A stretch of 55,430 nt of DNA, counting the filler, from Scyliorhinus canicula (taxonomy: Eukaryota): NCBI RefSeq assembly GCF_902713615.1. It is 3 parts of 3 records of this genome, joined end to end, with 100 filler letters (N's around TTAATTAATTAA, not from the genome) between each part and the next. Parts side by side here need not be neighbours in the genome. Positions count along the whole stretch, not along the records: positions 1 to 22,398 come from NW_024055492.1; 2 more parts are not named here. One strand, 5' to 3'. Below are positions 1 to 10,103 of the stretch, one piece after another. The position numbers and the translations under genes are program-made. Numbering within the stretch: position 1 is the stretch's first letter; each line of letters starts with the position of its first letter. Under the pieces are notes generated by a model. That model saw only the letters and a list, made by a program, of their open reading frames with translations, had not been told where the DNA came from and did no database searches.

Positions 1-94
1 GGCGACTGTGCGCAGACGCTCTGAGTTCTTCTGATGTGAGCTCTGCTCCTCTCCTTTTCACATTTGAATAAAAATGATATATTACACGGTGCAA

Positions 95-668
95 ATGCAG
101 CTGCTCCCTGTCGTTCTCGTACTGCTGACCTGTAAGTACAGGGGACTTACTCAATAATATGTGGATATAGTGTATTTATTATTTTAAAAATAAATTTAGC
201 GTATCCAATTTATTTTTTCCAATTCAGGGGCAATTTAGCGTGGCCAATCCACCTACCCTGCACATCTTTGGGTAGTGGGGGCGAAACCCACGCAGACACC
301 GGGAGAATGTGCAAACTCCACACGAACATCTATAATGTATTTATATTCACCTTGCTCCAATTTCTCTTTTATTTTATAGGCCCATGTGGCTCGGACCAAG
401 TGTCCCAGTCTCCCATTGCGACAATAACCCAGAGCGGAGATCCAGTGCAAATAAACTGCAGCTATGACATGTCCGGATTTAACGGAATGTATTGGTACAG
501 ACAAAAATCCGGTCAGGGACCGGAGTGGATAATAAGCAGATTCTCGGCTGGCAAAGAGAGAAAGGACCGATTCGAATTGGAACTTTCCACTGCGGATAAA
601 CGGGGCCAATTGGTGATTCAAGACACGGAGAGCGCGGATGCCGCTGTGTATTACTGTGCGATACAGCC
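95..668 (+). CDS. TRAV: TCR alpha/delta-type V gene segment 1: leader exon 95-131, V exon 380-668
   Basis: Leader MQLLPVVLVLLT ends at a phase-1 GTAAGT donor (132); polypyrimidine-TAG acceptor at 378-379. The V exon reads DQVSQSP...INCSYDMSGFNGMYWYRQKSGQGPEW...DAAVYYCAIQ with both canonical Cys and the Trp, is open, and is followed by an RSS. Alpha versus delta usage cannot be decided from germline sequence. Confidence 0.93.
186..322 (-). mobile_element. Truncated tRNA-derived shark SINE in the V1 leader intron
   Basis: CAATTTAGCGTGGCCAATCCACCTACCCTGCACATCTTTGG...GAGAATGTGCAAACTCCACAC is the reverse complement of the SINE body seen at 44360-44586 and 50467-50692. Confidence 0.8.
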
Positions 669-706
669 CACACTGACAGGAAAGGCGCAGTCACTGTACA
701 AAAACC
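669..706 (+). promoter_or_regulatory. Recombination signal sequence (23-type) of V1
   Basis: Heptamer CACACTG 669-675, 22-nt spacer, consensus nonamer ACAAAAACC 698-706. Confidence 0.92.
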
Positions 707-899
707 TCACGCCTGGTTACCATTCCGGAGAAGCTGCAGCAATGTCCCCACTAACACAGGGCGGGCAAGGTGGGTGAGAATGACAGCAAGAAAGGGAGGC
801 TCTGAGCGGGGCTTGATCTTTCCCTTACGAAGCGGCTTTGCCCAGAGATCCTGATGGCCAAGGTATAAAGTGGCCGATTGAAGAAACGGACTCTCAATG

Positions 900-1003
900 A
901 GCCAGCCTCCCCGAACAGGCGCCGGAATGCGGCGACTAGAGGCTTCTCACAGTAACTTCATTTGAAGCATACTTGTGACAATAAGCGATTTTCATTTCAA
1001 TTT
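900..1003 (+). mobile_element. 3' half of a SINE with a (CATTT)n tail
   Basis: AGCCAGCCTCCCCGAACAGGCGCCGGAATG...CACAGTAACTTCATTTGAAG...GACAATAAGCGATTTTCATTTCA; same family as 2995-3170, 32793-32968 and 53592-53778. Confidence 0.75.
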
Positions 1004-2994
1004 TATGTTTGTGTGTGACGGCTGACCGTCAATATTAATAAAATTCTACTGTAAGTTTCATGTTTGCTTTTAAAGTGTCCATACTCTGCTGTGGATTTCT
1101 TCCCGTTCTTAATCCTTAGGAATCATCAACCGTAAAAGACCAGAACAATTCTCAGAGAAGGTTTCCATAGAGACCAATTTAATATTTTTCCCTCGTGAGT
1201 GGCAGAAAATTCGATTTCACCCCGCGCCAATGACCTCGTTCTGATGGTGACAGTGAGTGAAGTAAACTTAAAAACATCTTCCTGCGCAGGGCCCAGACAG
1301 ACCCTGTCCATCAGTCTCTGCCTCATCAGCCGGCTTACCTCTCTAAAGGAATTTATGGCATTCAGCTGCATTCTTCCATGGTAACATGGAAATATTACAA
1401 TTAATGGTAGATGGGCATTGTGATTAGCAGCAGCAGGTCGAAAGTATCTGTTCTGATTTGGCATAGTTGGAACGCTCTTGCATCTGAAACAGGAGGTCCA
1501 GCTTTTAAATCTAAGTGCCGTGACTTGAGACCAAATAGTCGGTTGCTCCTTCCCCTGCTATTAACAGGAACGTTGATGTGTTTTCAAGCCAAAGCGATAG
1601 AAATTATGTTTGTGGGGTCAGTCTGTGACGTGGAAGGAGTGATGGGAAAAAAACAATGTTGTTGTGGTGCCAATTCCAGAGTTTCTTCAGACCTTCTCAC
1701 TGGACATGCTAACTGTCTACAGCCTAAATAGGAAGCGTAATAGGCAGGCAGCTGAGGGACCTGAACAGAACAATATGGTAAATTACACAAATAGAAATGA
1801 AATGGGGACTGCCCAAAAGGTTTGAGAAAATTATTGTTGGGCAAACAAGTAGAATGAGTGATATTTGGGAGAACAGAACAGAAGGGAGAATTGAGTTTTA
1901 AAGTGAAGGAACTATTTTCTGAGAATTAAGGTAACGATGAGGATCGGAACAATTGTATCCTCATAACCGTTCCTGAATCAGCCCCTCTTCAATGGAGGCA
2001 GTGATCAGCTGGAGCAGAAATACAGATTGCCAGACCACTCCGTTGCTGATCTATCCAATGCCAGTTCCTGGGCCATGTACAACAATGTCTCCAACAGCAC
2101 AATCATTTCAGAGCGAGAGCAGCAAACGGAAGTTGACACCGCAGACTCAAAACTAGTCAAACTGTGCGGCTGTTGTCAGCTGCAGTTGCAACTGTTGGAG
2201 CGGAAATAATAACGGTCGAATCCCCAGAACTTTGCGTCTGTCCTGCACCTTTTCACTGCTCAAGTGACTGAGAACGAATAGTGAGAGAGGCATGAAGGTC
2301 CAAAAATCAGGGAGCATTGTGGAATGGAATGAGAATCCGGCTTGCCGTATCTGTGACTACTTGAAAATGCTATCCAAATCGTCTTTCACATCCCACAAAT
2401 TACATACTGCCTTCCCTTTTCAGATTATGAAATTCTCTTTTGAAATTGGCTATTGAATCTTCTTTCATCATTTTGTGTGTCGTACTCTATATATTAGCAG
2501 ATAGCATATTATTAATAAATACATCATTCTCTATCATGTTTTCTATTAAATCGGGATGCTTTGTTTATTGCTTCTGCTGTTAATGGAAACAATTACAAAT
2601 GGTCTACTCTCTCGAAAAGGTATGTTATTCGGCACAACATTTGAGTCTTCCTTCTACCTCCTTTCTTACAAGCAAACGAATCCAAAGTTCTCTGATATTT
2701 TATATAAACGCCCCTTGAAAGTCCAAACACAATATCTCCTTTGCCGTGCACATGATTTGGATAGAGACGGCTAGCCAAGATTTAATCGATTAGCATCACT
2801 TTTTGACATAAACATCAACAGTAGCAAAAACTATTTCTAAGCAGATCCAGTGTAGATTTCTCGGAGCATTCGTGTCGTCTTGTGTATTTCAATACACCCT
2901 AAATCAGTTAAGTTGGTCGCATTCTATGATTCTGTGGTTCTGACAGGAATGAAACTAAGAGGGCGCCACGTTCAAACATAATTGCGTAGACTTC

Positions 2995-3298
2995 CCTGGT
3001 TTAGCACACTGGGCTAAACTGCTGGCTGGTATTGCAGAACAAGGCAGCAGCGAGGATTCAATTCCCGGACCGGTCTCCCCGAACAGGAGCCGAAATGTGG
3101 CGACTCGGGGCTTTTCACAGTAACTTCATTTAAATTTACTGGTGACAATATGCGATTACTTTTCATGAATAGGATGGGAATAGAGGGATACGGACCCCGG
3201 AAGTGTAGAAGATTTTAGTTTAGACAGGCAGCATGGTCGGCGCAGGATTGGAGGGCCGACAGACCTGTTCCTGTGCTGTACTTTTCTTTGTTCTTTCA
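2995..3298 (+). mobile_element. (CATTT)-tail SINE (about 2995-3170) abutting a CR1 LINE 3' end (about 3171-3298)
   Basis: The SINE matches the other in-window copies. The following GGCAGCATGGTCGGCGCAGGATTGGAGGGCCGACAGACCTGTTCCTGTGCTGTACTTTTCTTTGTTCT resembles a CR1 3' UTR with its microsatellite tail. Confidence 0.7.
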
Positions 3299-3474
3299 TG
3301 GGGATGATGAAGTTCTGCGACGGACCATTATAGCCAATAAGCGTCGTAGTCTCAGTGAGGTCACAAAGGGCCTGGGCCGCTGCAATGTGTCGAAGGACCA
3401 ATCAGATGTACAGAGACCAGGTTCCCTCTCTCCTCTCAATCTCTGCCTCATTCCATTCCGATTCACTCAGAGAG

Positions 3475-3992
3475 ATGCAGTCAGACATGTTTCTGTTAAT
3501 ACTGGCGACGCTATTGGGCGGTAAGTAATTGTCATTACTCACCATGCCAGATTAGCAGGTTATAGATTGCAATAACATTCAATGTAATTTACGATCAGAA
3601 ATGATAAGTACAGTTGAGTTTCCACAAATTACACATATACAAACAAATTTAGATCAATTAAGATTAAACTCTTCATGCTTCATTTCTCTACCTTCACAGG
3701 CGGGCAAAGTGCAAATCCAGTCACTCAGTCACCGGTGACAGAAACTGCGTCAGAAGGGGAATCAGCGCGGTTAGATTGTGAATACACAGACCCCAATATG
3801 GACTACATGCAATGGTATCAGCAGAAAACGGCACAACCACCAATCCGGATTATTAGCAATGCATTAGCTCTGAAGGAAGAGAAAGTTTCAGGACGATACC
3901 TGGCGGCTGCTGACAAGTCTAAACAGAACGGTTACCTCAATATAAGCGCCCTCAGTGTGGATGGCGGGGCTGTCTATTACTGTGCAGTGAGG
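3475..3992 (+). CDS. TRAV: TCR alpha/delta-type V gene segment 2: leader exon 3475-3520, V exon 3700-3992
   Basis: Leader MQSDMFLLILATLLG with a phase-1 GTAAGT donor at 3521; CAG acceptor at 3697-3699. The V exon NPVTQSP...RLDCEYTDPNMDYMQWYQQKTAQPP...GGAVYYCAVR is open and followed by an RSS. Confidence 0.93.
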
Positions 3993-4031
3993 CACAGCGT
4001 TAGAAAGCAGATAGAGCACCGTACAAAAACC
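3993..4031 (+). promoter_or_regulatory. Recombination signal sequence (23 spacer) of V2
   Basis: Heptamer CACAGCG 3993-3999, 23-nt spacer, nonamer ACAAAAACC 4023-4031. Confidence 0.92.
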
Positions 4032-5293
4032 TCAGCGAGTATTCACAGCTCCACTAAGTCTGCTTCCCTGCCCTTGTCCGCGGGAATTGTTTGATCCTGG
4101 ATTCACTAGCACAGTCAGGTCTATTTATCAGACAGTTATATTGGTGTCTCCGCTCTTCTGCTCTTCTGCGGGTGAGCAGAGGAGCAATTTGGGAAATCAC
4201 GAGAATCATCTCCATGCCGTGATGTACATGGTAAATTAAAACTTGGAATACCCGCGTACTAGCAAGGGTAATGAAAACTCTCAGATGTGGAGATAATGTT
4301 GCCGGAAATTATAGTTTGCTCTTCCAGAACCGTTAACTCATGTGAGCCCAAGGCCGCTGAGTCTGTCCCGTACGTTCCTGTACCAAAACAGAGGGTGTGT
4401 CAAACTCTCCTGTTGTATTTAAGACATTAAGTTCAGAATAAGAATTTCAACAGAGCCTCACGGTGTAACACGATTGCTAATATCATGCAGGATCATTGTG
4501 TCTACTTTAGGCTGCAGTAGAAAATCGAACTTTCGATCGAAAACGCATCTCTTGCCTGCTGCTAGGTTCCTCCGATAAGGGACGTGCTCCCGAGCAGCAT
4601 GGATCACGGTGAGGGCTCTCAAACCCAGGGCGCTCGGCTTAAATAGAAAATCGACTTCTCGATCGATAATACTTGAAGTGCAAATAAAAGAGATTAATAC
4701 ACATTGATGGCAATATAATTAACGATCGGAAATATCCATATGATGTGTAACTGGGAGATTTGAAAACCTATCTCAGATAAAAGCAATGTGGTTGAACCTT
4801 AATTGCCCGCAAGGGCAATGATTGGCAATAAAAGCATGAGCAAATTCTAAAAGAAAATCAATTGTTGCGGAACATAATACATGAAATGTAAAATAACTGC
4901 CACAGAGACTCGCCAAACAAGACGACTAATATTACCAGCCCGTGCCATGGGAAGTACATGATGCCGGGTTTAGCGTAGAATAGAAAATCGATTTATTGAT
5001 CGATAATGTTTTAAGTGCAAATAAAAGCAAATTCATTACTGTGGACGCTGGAATGTGAAATAAAACCAGAAATAACTGGACAATCTCAGCAGGTCTGACA
5101 GCATCTGTGAAGAGAAAAGGGAGCTCACGTTTCGATTGTGGACGACCCTTTGTCAAAGCTGAGAATGTGGATGTTGAGTTGATTAAGGGTTTACCGAAAT
5201 ACATACCAAGCCACAAATGTGTCCCAGAAATCTAAACTGCAGCGGTTTAGACATTGTCTTCGTTATTGTTGATGTTTATGTCAGAAAACGATG

Positions 5294-5646
5294 AGGGGCA
5301 TAGATAGGGTAGCAGGAAGGAACTTTTCCGCTGAGTAGATGGGCTAATAGCCAGTGGGAATACACTTAACTTAAGGGGCAGGAGGTTAGAGGGGATTTGA
5401 GGAAACCACTTTTACCCAGAGGGTGATGCGAACCTGGAACTCACTGCGTGAAATGGTGATAGAGGCTGTAACCCTCACACCATTTATAAAGCATTTAGAT
5501 AAGCACTTCAAACGGCATTGAACACAAGGCTATGGGCCAACTGATGGAAAATTCAATTAGAATCGATGAGTTTTTGATGGCCAGTCCATGCGCGCTGGGC
5601 TGAAGGGCCTCTTTTGAGCTGTAAAGCGATATAGTTCTATGACTCT
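5294..5646 (+). mobile_element. CR1 LINE 3' fragment
   Basis: Decayed ORF2 C-terminus (AAGGGGCAGGAGGTTAGAGGGGATTTGAGG...TTTTACCCAGAGGGTG...TGGAACTCACTG) plus a 3' UTR ending GGGCTGAAGGGCCT...TTCTATGACTCTA. Confidence 0.75.
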
Positions 5647-6031
5647 AAGTGGGAGGGTGAAGAGGTCTAGGGAGGAAATTACCGAGCTTTGTGTCCAGGC
5701 AGCTGAAGGCACGGCCAGCGATAGTGGAGTGATTAAAATAGGAGTGCTCTTTCAGAGGGTCAGCGGCGACTCGATGGACCGAATGGTATCCTTCTGCCTG
5801 TAGGCTTTTTGTATATTGACTCACTGAACACCGTGATGATTATTATCTCAAAGCACCATGGAGACATGCTGTCCCGTTGAGACTTCTACAGAAAATAATT
5901 GAACTTAAATGGATTTTGGCCCTTCTCTTCTGATATTAAAGAGTAAACTCATATCAGGAACAAGCCTAATTGTGTCTGTCTATCAATGTGAGAGCGCCCT
6001 CTGCCGAGAAATGACTGGAACTCCCAGTGTG

Positions 6032-6494
6032 AGTGTTTGTACGGGACCCTCTATAACTCTGCAGCAGTGTGGGCTCCATGGCGCAGAAATACACGGCACT
6101 GTCGGAAAGATCAGCCACGGCGATATTTAAAGGAACCGTTTGGTTTTCTTTGTGCAAAGCAGCCGAAGAACCTGGCCTGGAAATCTGGAGACTTACCCGG
6201 ACTACCCTAAATATAGATTCTCATTACATTCCTCGGAGGATTCCCGTGATACTGAATGTACCAGAAAATAGTTTCCAAAACAGCTGTGTATCTACAGTCC
6301 AGCTTAATACTCTGTCCTTCCAGAACCGTTATCTCAGATCGATCCTGGGACACTGAGTCTTCACCATTTCTTCCTGGAACGAAACACAAAATGTTTTCAA
6401 TATCTGGGAGTGAAGATAGCACACAGTGAACATTAGAACATCGACTCACCAGGCAACTTAACCTCATTATCAGTCACCAACATGGGAAATACAT
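6032..6494 (-). pseudogene. TRAV: Inverted TCR alpha/delta V pseudogene with retained RSS
   Basis: Leader 6494-6450 reads MYFPCW*LIMRLSCL (TGA at 6476-6474, wrong splice phase). V exon 6373-6072 reads EDSVSQDRSEITVLEGQSIKLDCRY...FWYIQYHGNPP, with an in-frame TAG at 6209-6207 and a +1 frameshift near 6164-6170, then LHKENQTVPLNIAVADLSDSAVYFCAME. Heptamer CACACTG 6071-6065, 24-nt spacer, nonamer ACAAACACT 6040-6032. Confidence 0.9.
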
Positions 6495-6653
6495 GGTGTC
6501 TGGATTAGAGTCCGACAGGAATCAATCAGATTTTGAATATGTTCTGGTATTAAAGAGAAAATTCAGATTAATGAATGCTTCAGTTACTGGGAAAAGAAAG
6601 GGCATTTCCCAGAGACATGATTGGCTAAACTGTTGAAACTGTTGACAGTTGGG

Positions 6654-6689
6654 CACCAAGCGTGAACAATACCTCCGGACCAAGAAGCC
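6654..6689 (-). pseudogene. Remnant 5' half of a tRNA-Pro
   Basis: CACCAAGCGTGAACAATACCTCCGGACCAAGAAGCC aligns to the reverse complement of the tRNA-Pro 5' half and sits at the same offset from a Val gene as the Pro relics at 8602 and 11042. Confidence 0.45.
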
Positions 6690-6997
6690 CAATTTTAAGA
6701 TCGAGCCGAAGCAAAATATAACGTATGTTAACTTCGATATCAGTCCTACAGCTCACGTTTTTTTTTATGTTGAGACATCTGTTTTTTAAATTCACCTGAG
6801 ATTCACCTGAGGAAGGAGCAGTGCTCCGAAAGCTAGTGTTTGAAACAAACATGTTGGACTTTAACCTGGTGTTGACAGACTTCTTACAGTTTATTTTAAA
6901 GGAACAGCTGTTGTCTTGTAATAAGTGACCTGGCCTCTCAACCAGACCATTAGAGTCTGCAGCAACACAGTGAGGTTGCACATTTCACACGTCCGCG

Positions 6998-7042
6998 GAT
7001 TGCTGTAGTGTAGTGGTTATTACAATCACCACACACGCGAAA
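6998..7042 (+). pseudogene. 3'-truncated tRNA-Val pseudogene
   Basis: TTGCTGTAGTGTAGTGGTTATTACAATCACCACACACGCGAAA is the Val 5' half, preceded by the shared Val upstream flank, and breaks into a Penelope-type fragment. Confidence 0.7.
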
Positions 7043-7574
7043 ATGACGAAAATATCTCGGACACAATGAAAAGGGAATGTAAATGAGGCTAATCAAGGCT
7101 AAAGGTGATGGCGCATTAAGAGATCAGAATGTGTTAATAGCAGAACAAAGGTAAGCAGTGTGTCAGACAACAATTGCCAACAGGGATCAGATTGCTGAAG
7201 TAGGATGGGATGGGCTGGGGGGAGGGGGGCAATGCTGAGGGTAAAACACATCAATGGAGGAAATGAAAATAAGTTGATGGAAATAAACAAGTGTGTAGGG
7301 GGCAGAGAGAGTTCACAGTCTGAAGTTGCTGAACTGAATAAAATGAAACAGACCGAGAGCTACCTGAATCCAGCAGAGTTAGTGAATAGAGATAAGTGAA
7401 TGACCACTCATCGACATGTTGATCGAAAATGTTTCGATTTTCTCGGGAACGCCTTGGTTCCCTGCAGTTTGAGCTCACCTTCTCAAAGCAAACCCAATGT
7501 GAATGAATCCCGCCGTCAGCGCCGCAACGAAATGAAGAAAACATGCGGCTTGACCAACGGAAAACCTCATTAAA

Positions 7575-7664
7575 GGGCTCGTCCGTGATTTGAACGAGGG
7601 ACCTCTCGCAAATACCGACAGCGAGGCACAAAACGCGTGAATCATACCCCTAGACCAACGAGCC
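7575..7664 (-). pseudogene. Degenerate intron-containing tRNA-Pro
   Basis: 90 nt (72 plus an 18-nt intron TGCCTCGCTGTCGGTATT at 37/38). T-stem is mispaired (CCTCG/CACGG) and the anticodon loop is mutated. Confidence 0.8.
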
Positions 7665-8601
7665 CCGCGAAAAGAGCCAAAGCATACTGTCATTGCCATC
7701 GAAAATCAAACTAACATCTGCGGAGAACGCCAAAAGTACTGCAACATCTCAGGTAGTCAGGCGGCATTTGTCGACAGGACAACAAAGTTCGTCTTTCACC
7801 GTCACCTTTCATTGAAACCGGGACAGGTTAGAAATGTGGTACGTCTTAACCAAGTGAATTACCGGAGGGAGGAAACAGAACAACAGGAAAGGGCTCTAAT
7901 GGGGGGCAAGTCAGGAGAGATTAAATGAGAAGAGGCCTTGGGACCCTGGCCACAGAGTTAGGGTAGCATCAAATCAGAGAATAATGACACCACAGTATGA
8001 GGCCATTCTGGCCGCCGGGTCTGTGCCAGCTCTCTGTTAGCGCAATGGAAGAAACAAAGAAACAAAAGATATGTCTGGAGGAGCTATCGATGGCAGATTG
8101 ATCAACAACTACCGCCCGGACTCAAAGAACAAGTGGAAAGAAGATTGAAACCCATATCTGCGATGGAAGGACACACAAAATGGGTGCAGCATTTACAGTG
8201 TGAAACTACTGAACACACACTGAGTGTGAAAGCTGTATTGAGCCCAGTGGAAAGATGCGCTGCTGTTCCTCGAGTGGCTGTTGAGCTTCTTTGGAACATT
8301 TCACGACTCCGAGGTCCGGGATGTCAGCGTTAAGATCCAGCTCTCCAGTCAGTTCAATTCTCCACTTTGGCTCTGTGGATTAGATGGGTCACGTCCCTGT
8401 GGTTAACACAGATCGGGAGCATCAATTTTATCCAAACGCACTCCAGCTCAGACACTGTCTCTCTCTCTCGAGCATCATCTGTGGGGAGAGAAACGACGTA
8501 AACATTCCTGAGTCCTGAGAAATCTTTTTCAGAGTGGGCCAATGTAAATCAACCCCGCCGTCAGCATCGCAAACAATTCGTAATCTCTGACCTGGAGTAA
8601 A

Positions 8602-8691
8602 GAGCCTGTCCTGGATTTAAACCCACGACCACTCCCATAGGCATTGATTGAAAATCCTTAAACGAGAACCAGACCTCGAGACCAAAGAGCA
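8602..8691 (-). pseudogene. Older, highly decayed intron-containing tRNA-Pro relic
   Basis: GAGCCTGTCCTGGATTTAAACCCACGACCACTCCCA-[18 nt]-CCTTAAACGAGAACCAGACCTCGAGACCAAAGAGCA aligns without gaps to the 90-nt Pro gene. Its 3' flank (AATGTAAATCAACCCCGCCGTCAGC) also matches the Pro flank. Confidence 0.65.
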
Positions 8692-8897
8692 CAAATTTAA
8701 GACCGACATTCAGCAAAATATAACTTATGTTAATTTCGATATAATTTCTACATCTCACGCCTTTATATGTTGAGACATCTGTTAATTTCAGACACAGCTG
8801 TCGCTTGCAACAAGGCACCAGGCCTCTCAAACAGACCATCAGAATCTGCAGCAACACAGTTAGGTCGTACATTCCGCACGTCCAGTTGTTGCCAGCG

Positions 8898-8970
8898 GTT
8901 TCTGTAGTAGTAGGTTTATCACATTCGCCTCATATGCGAAAGATCCCCGGTTCAAAACCGGGCAGAAACA
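8898..8970 (+). pseudogene. tRNA-Val-derived gene with CAT anticodon and altered D arm
   Basis: GTTTCTGTAGTAGTAGGTTTATCACATTCGCCT-CAT-ATGCGAAAGATCCCCGGTTCAAAACCGGGCAGAAACA; paralogue of the intact Val-CAC at 11338. Confidence 0.75.
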
Positions 8971-10013
8971 GCGAACATTTAGGATTTCGTGTGAGAAAAG
9001 TTTGCACAATTATTGGGCACAATATAATTCTGATTCCTGAACGTTGCCGGAATCTCGTGTGTTCCAGGACTTTAGTCTCACATGAGCCACTAAATTGAAT
9101 TGAACATTAAGGCCCAAGCACTGAATTTTCGGCAGGCAATGAGAGGTGAAGAATTTTCATATATTTTCACACCTCGGATATTAGCAGCTCGTTCATCCAC
9201 AACAGAGTTTCAGCGATTTACAAATGAACATATTTAATCACCATCTCAAACATGTCTAAATATATGACAAATGCAACTTACTGCGGATGCTTCAAACGGA
9301 AACAAAAACAGAAAATACTGGATAATCTCAGCAGGTCTGACAGCCTCTGGGGAGCGAAATGGCAGCTGTCGTTTCCAGTCAAGTGGACTCTTTGTCAACG
9401 CTGGAGAACTGGAACTGGGGATTCAGACGATTGTGGGTGGGGGTGGTGGAGTGCTGTATTGGGCCTCGATAGAGGGCAGCAATAGGTGGGAAATGACGAA
9501 AATGTCTCGGGCAGAAAGAAAAAGGGAATGTAAATGAGGCTAATCAAGGCTATGAAAGGTGCTGATGGCGCATCGAGCGGTCAGAATGTGTTAATGGCAG
9601 AACAAAGGTAAGCAGTGCGTCAGAGAACAATTACAAACAGGGATCAGATTGCTGAAGTAGGATGGTATGGGATGGGATGGGCTGGGAGGGGGGGGAATGC
9701 TGAGGGTAAAACACATCAATGGAAGGAATGATAAGTTGATGGAAAAAACATGTTGTGGAGGGGGAAGTGAGAGTTCACAGTCTGAAGTTGTTGAACTGAT
9801 AAAATGAAAGGGACAAAGAGCTGTGTTAGTCCACCAGAATTAGTCAATAGAAATGTGAATGCCCACACATACACAAACTTCTCGGGAACGTATTGATTCC
9901 ATGCAGTTTGAGCTCAGCTTCTCAAAGCAAACCCAATGTGAATGAATCCCGCCGTCGACGCCGCCAAGAAATGAAGAAAACATGCTGTTTGTCCAACTGA
10001 AAACCTCATCGAA

Positions 10014-10103
10014 GGGCTCGTCCGGGATTTGAACCCGGGACCTCACGCAAATTACGACAGCGACACACCCTAAGCGAGAATCATACCCCTAGACCAACGA
10101 GCC
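10014..10103 (-). tRNA. tRNA-Pro(AGG) with an 18-nt intron
   Basis: Sense sequence GGCTCGTTGGTCTAGGGGTATGATTCTCGCTT-AGG-G [TGTGTCGCTGTCGTAATT] TGCGTGAGGTCCCGGGTTCAAATCCCGGACGAGCCC. Exons match vertebrate Pro-AGG except one anticodon-stem mismatch (T28-T42). A and B boxes are intact and there is a downstream T4 terminator. Confidence 0.85.

Noticed and set aside
268-777. 169-aa ORF as a single-exon gene
   Set aside because: The N-terminus comes from an intronic SINE and the C-terminus reads through the RSS; the real unit is leader plus V exon.
1100-2780. Short ORFs between V1 and V2
   Set aside because: No recognisable domain, splice structure or RSS; probably old repeat debris.
95-4031. V1 or V2 as NAR-TCR V or supporting V-delta segments
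   Set aside because: Both have their own leader exon and lack an extra CDR1 cysteine; no D segments or 12-RSSs seen nearby.
6966-6972. CACAGTG heptamers upstream of Val genes (also near 11296) and at 6422 as cryptic RSSs
   Set aside because: No nonamer at 12 or 23 spacing.
8102-8872. Duplicated short ORFs in the 2.44-kb units (also 10541-11312)
   Set aside because: Conserved only through recent duplication; they overlap tRNA relics and flanks and show no protein motif.
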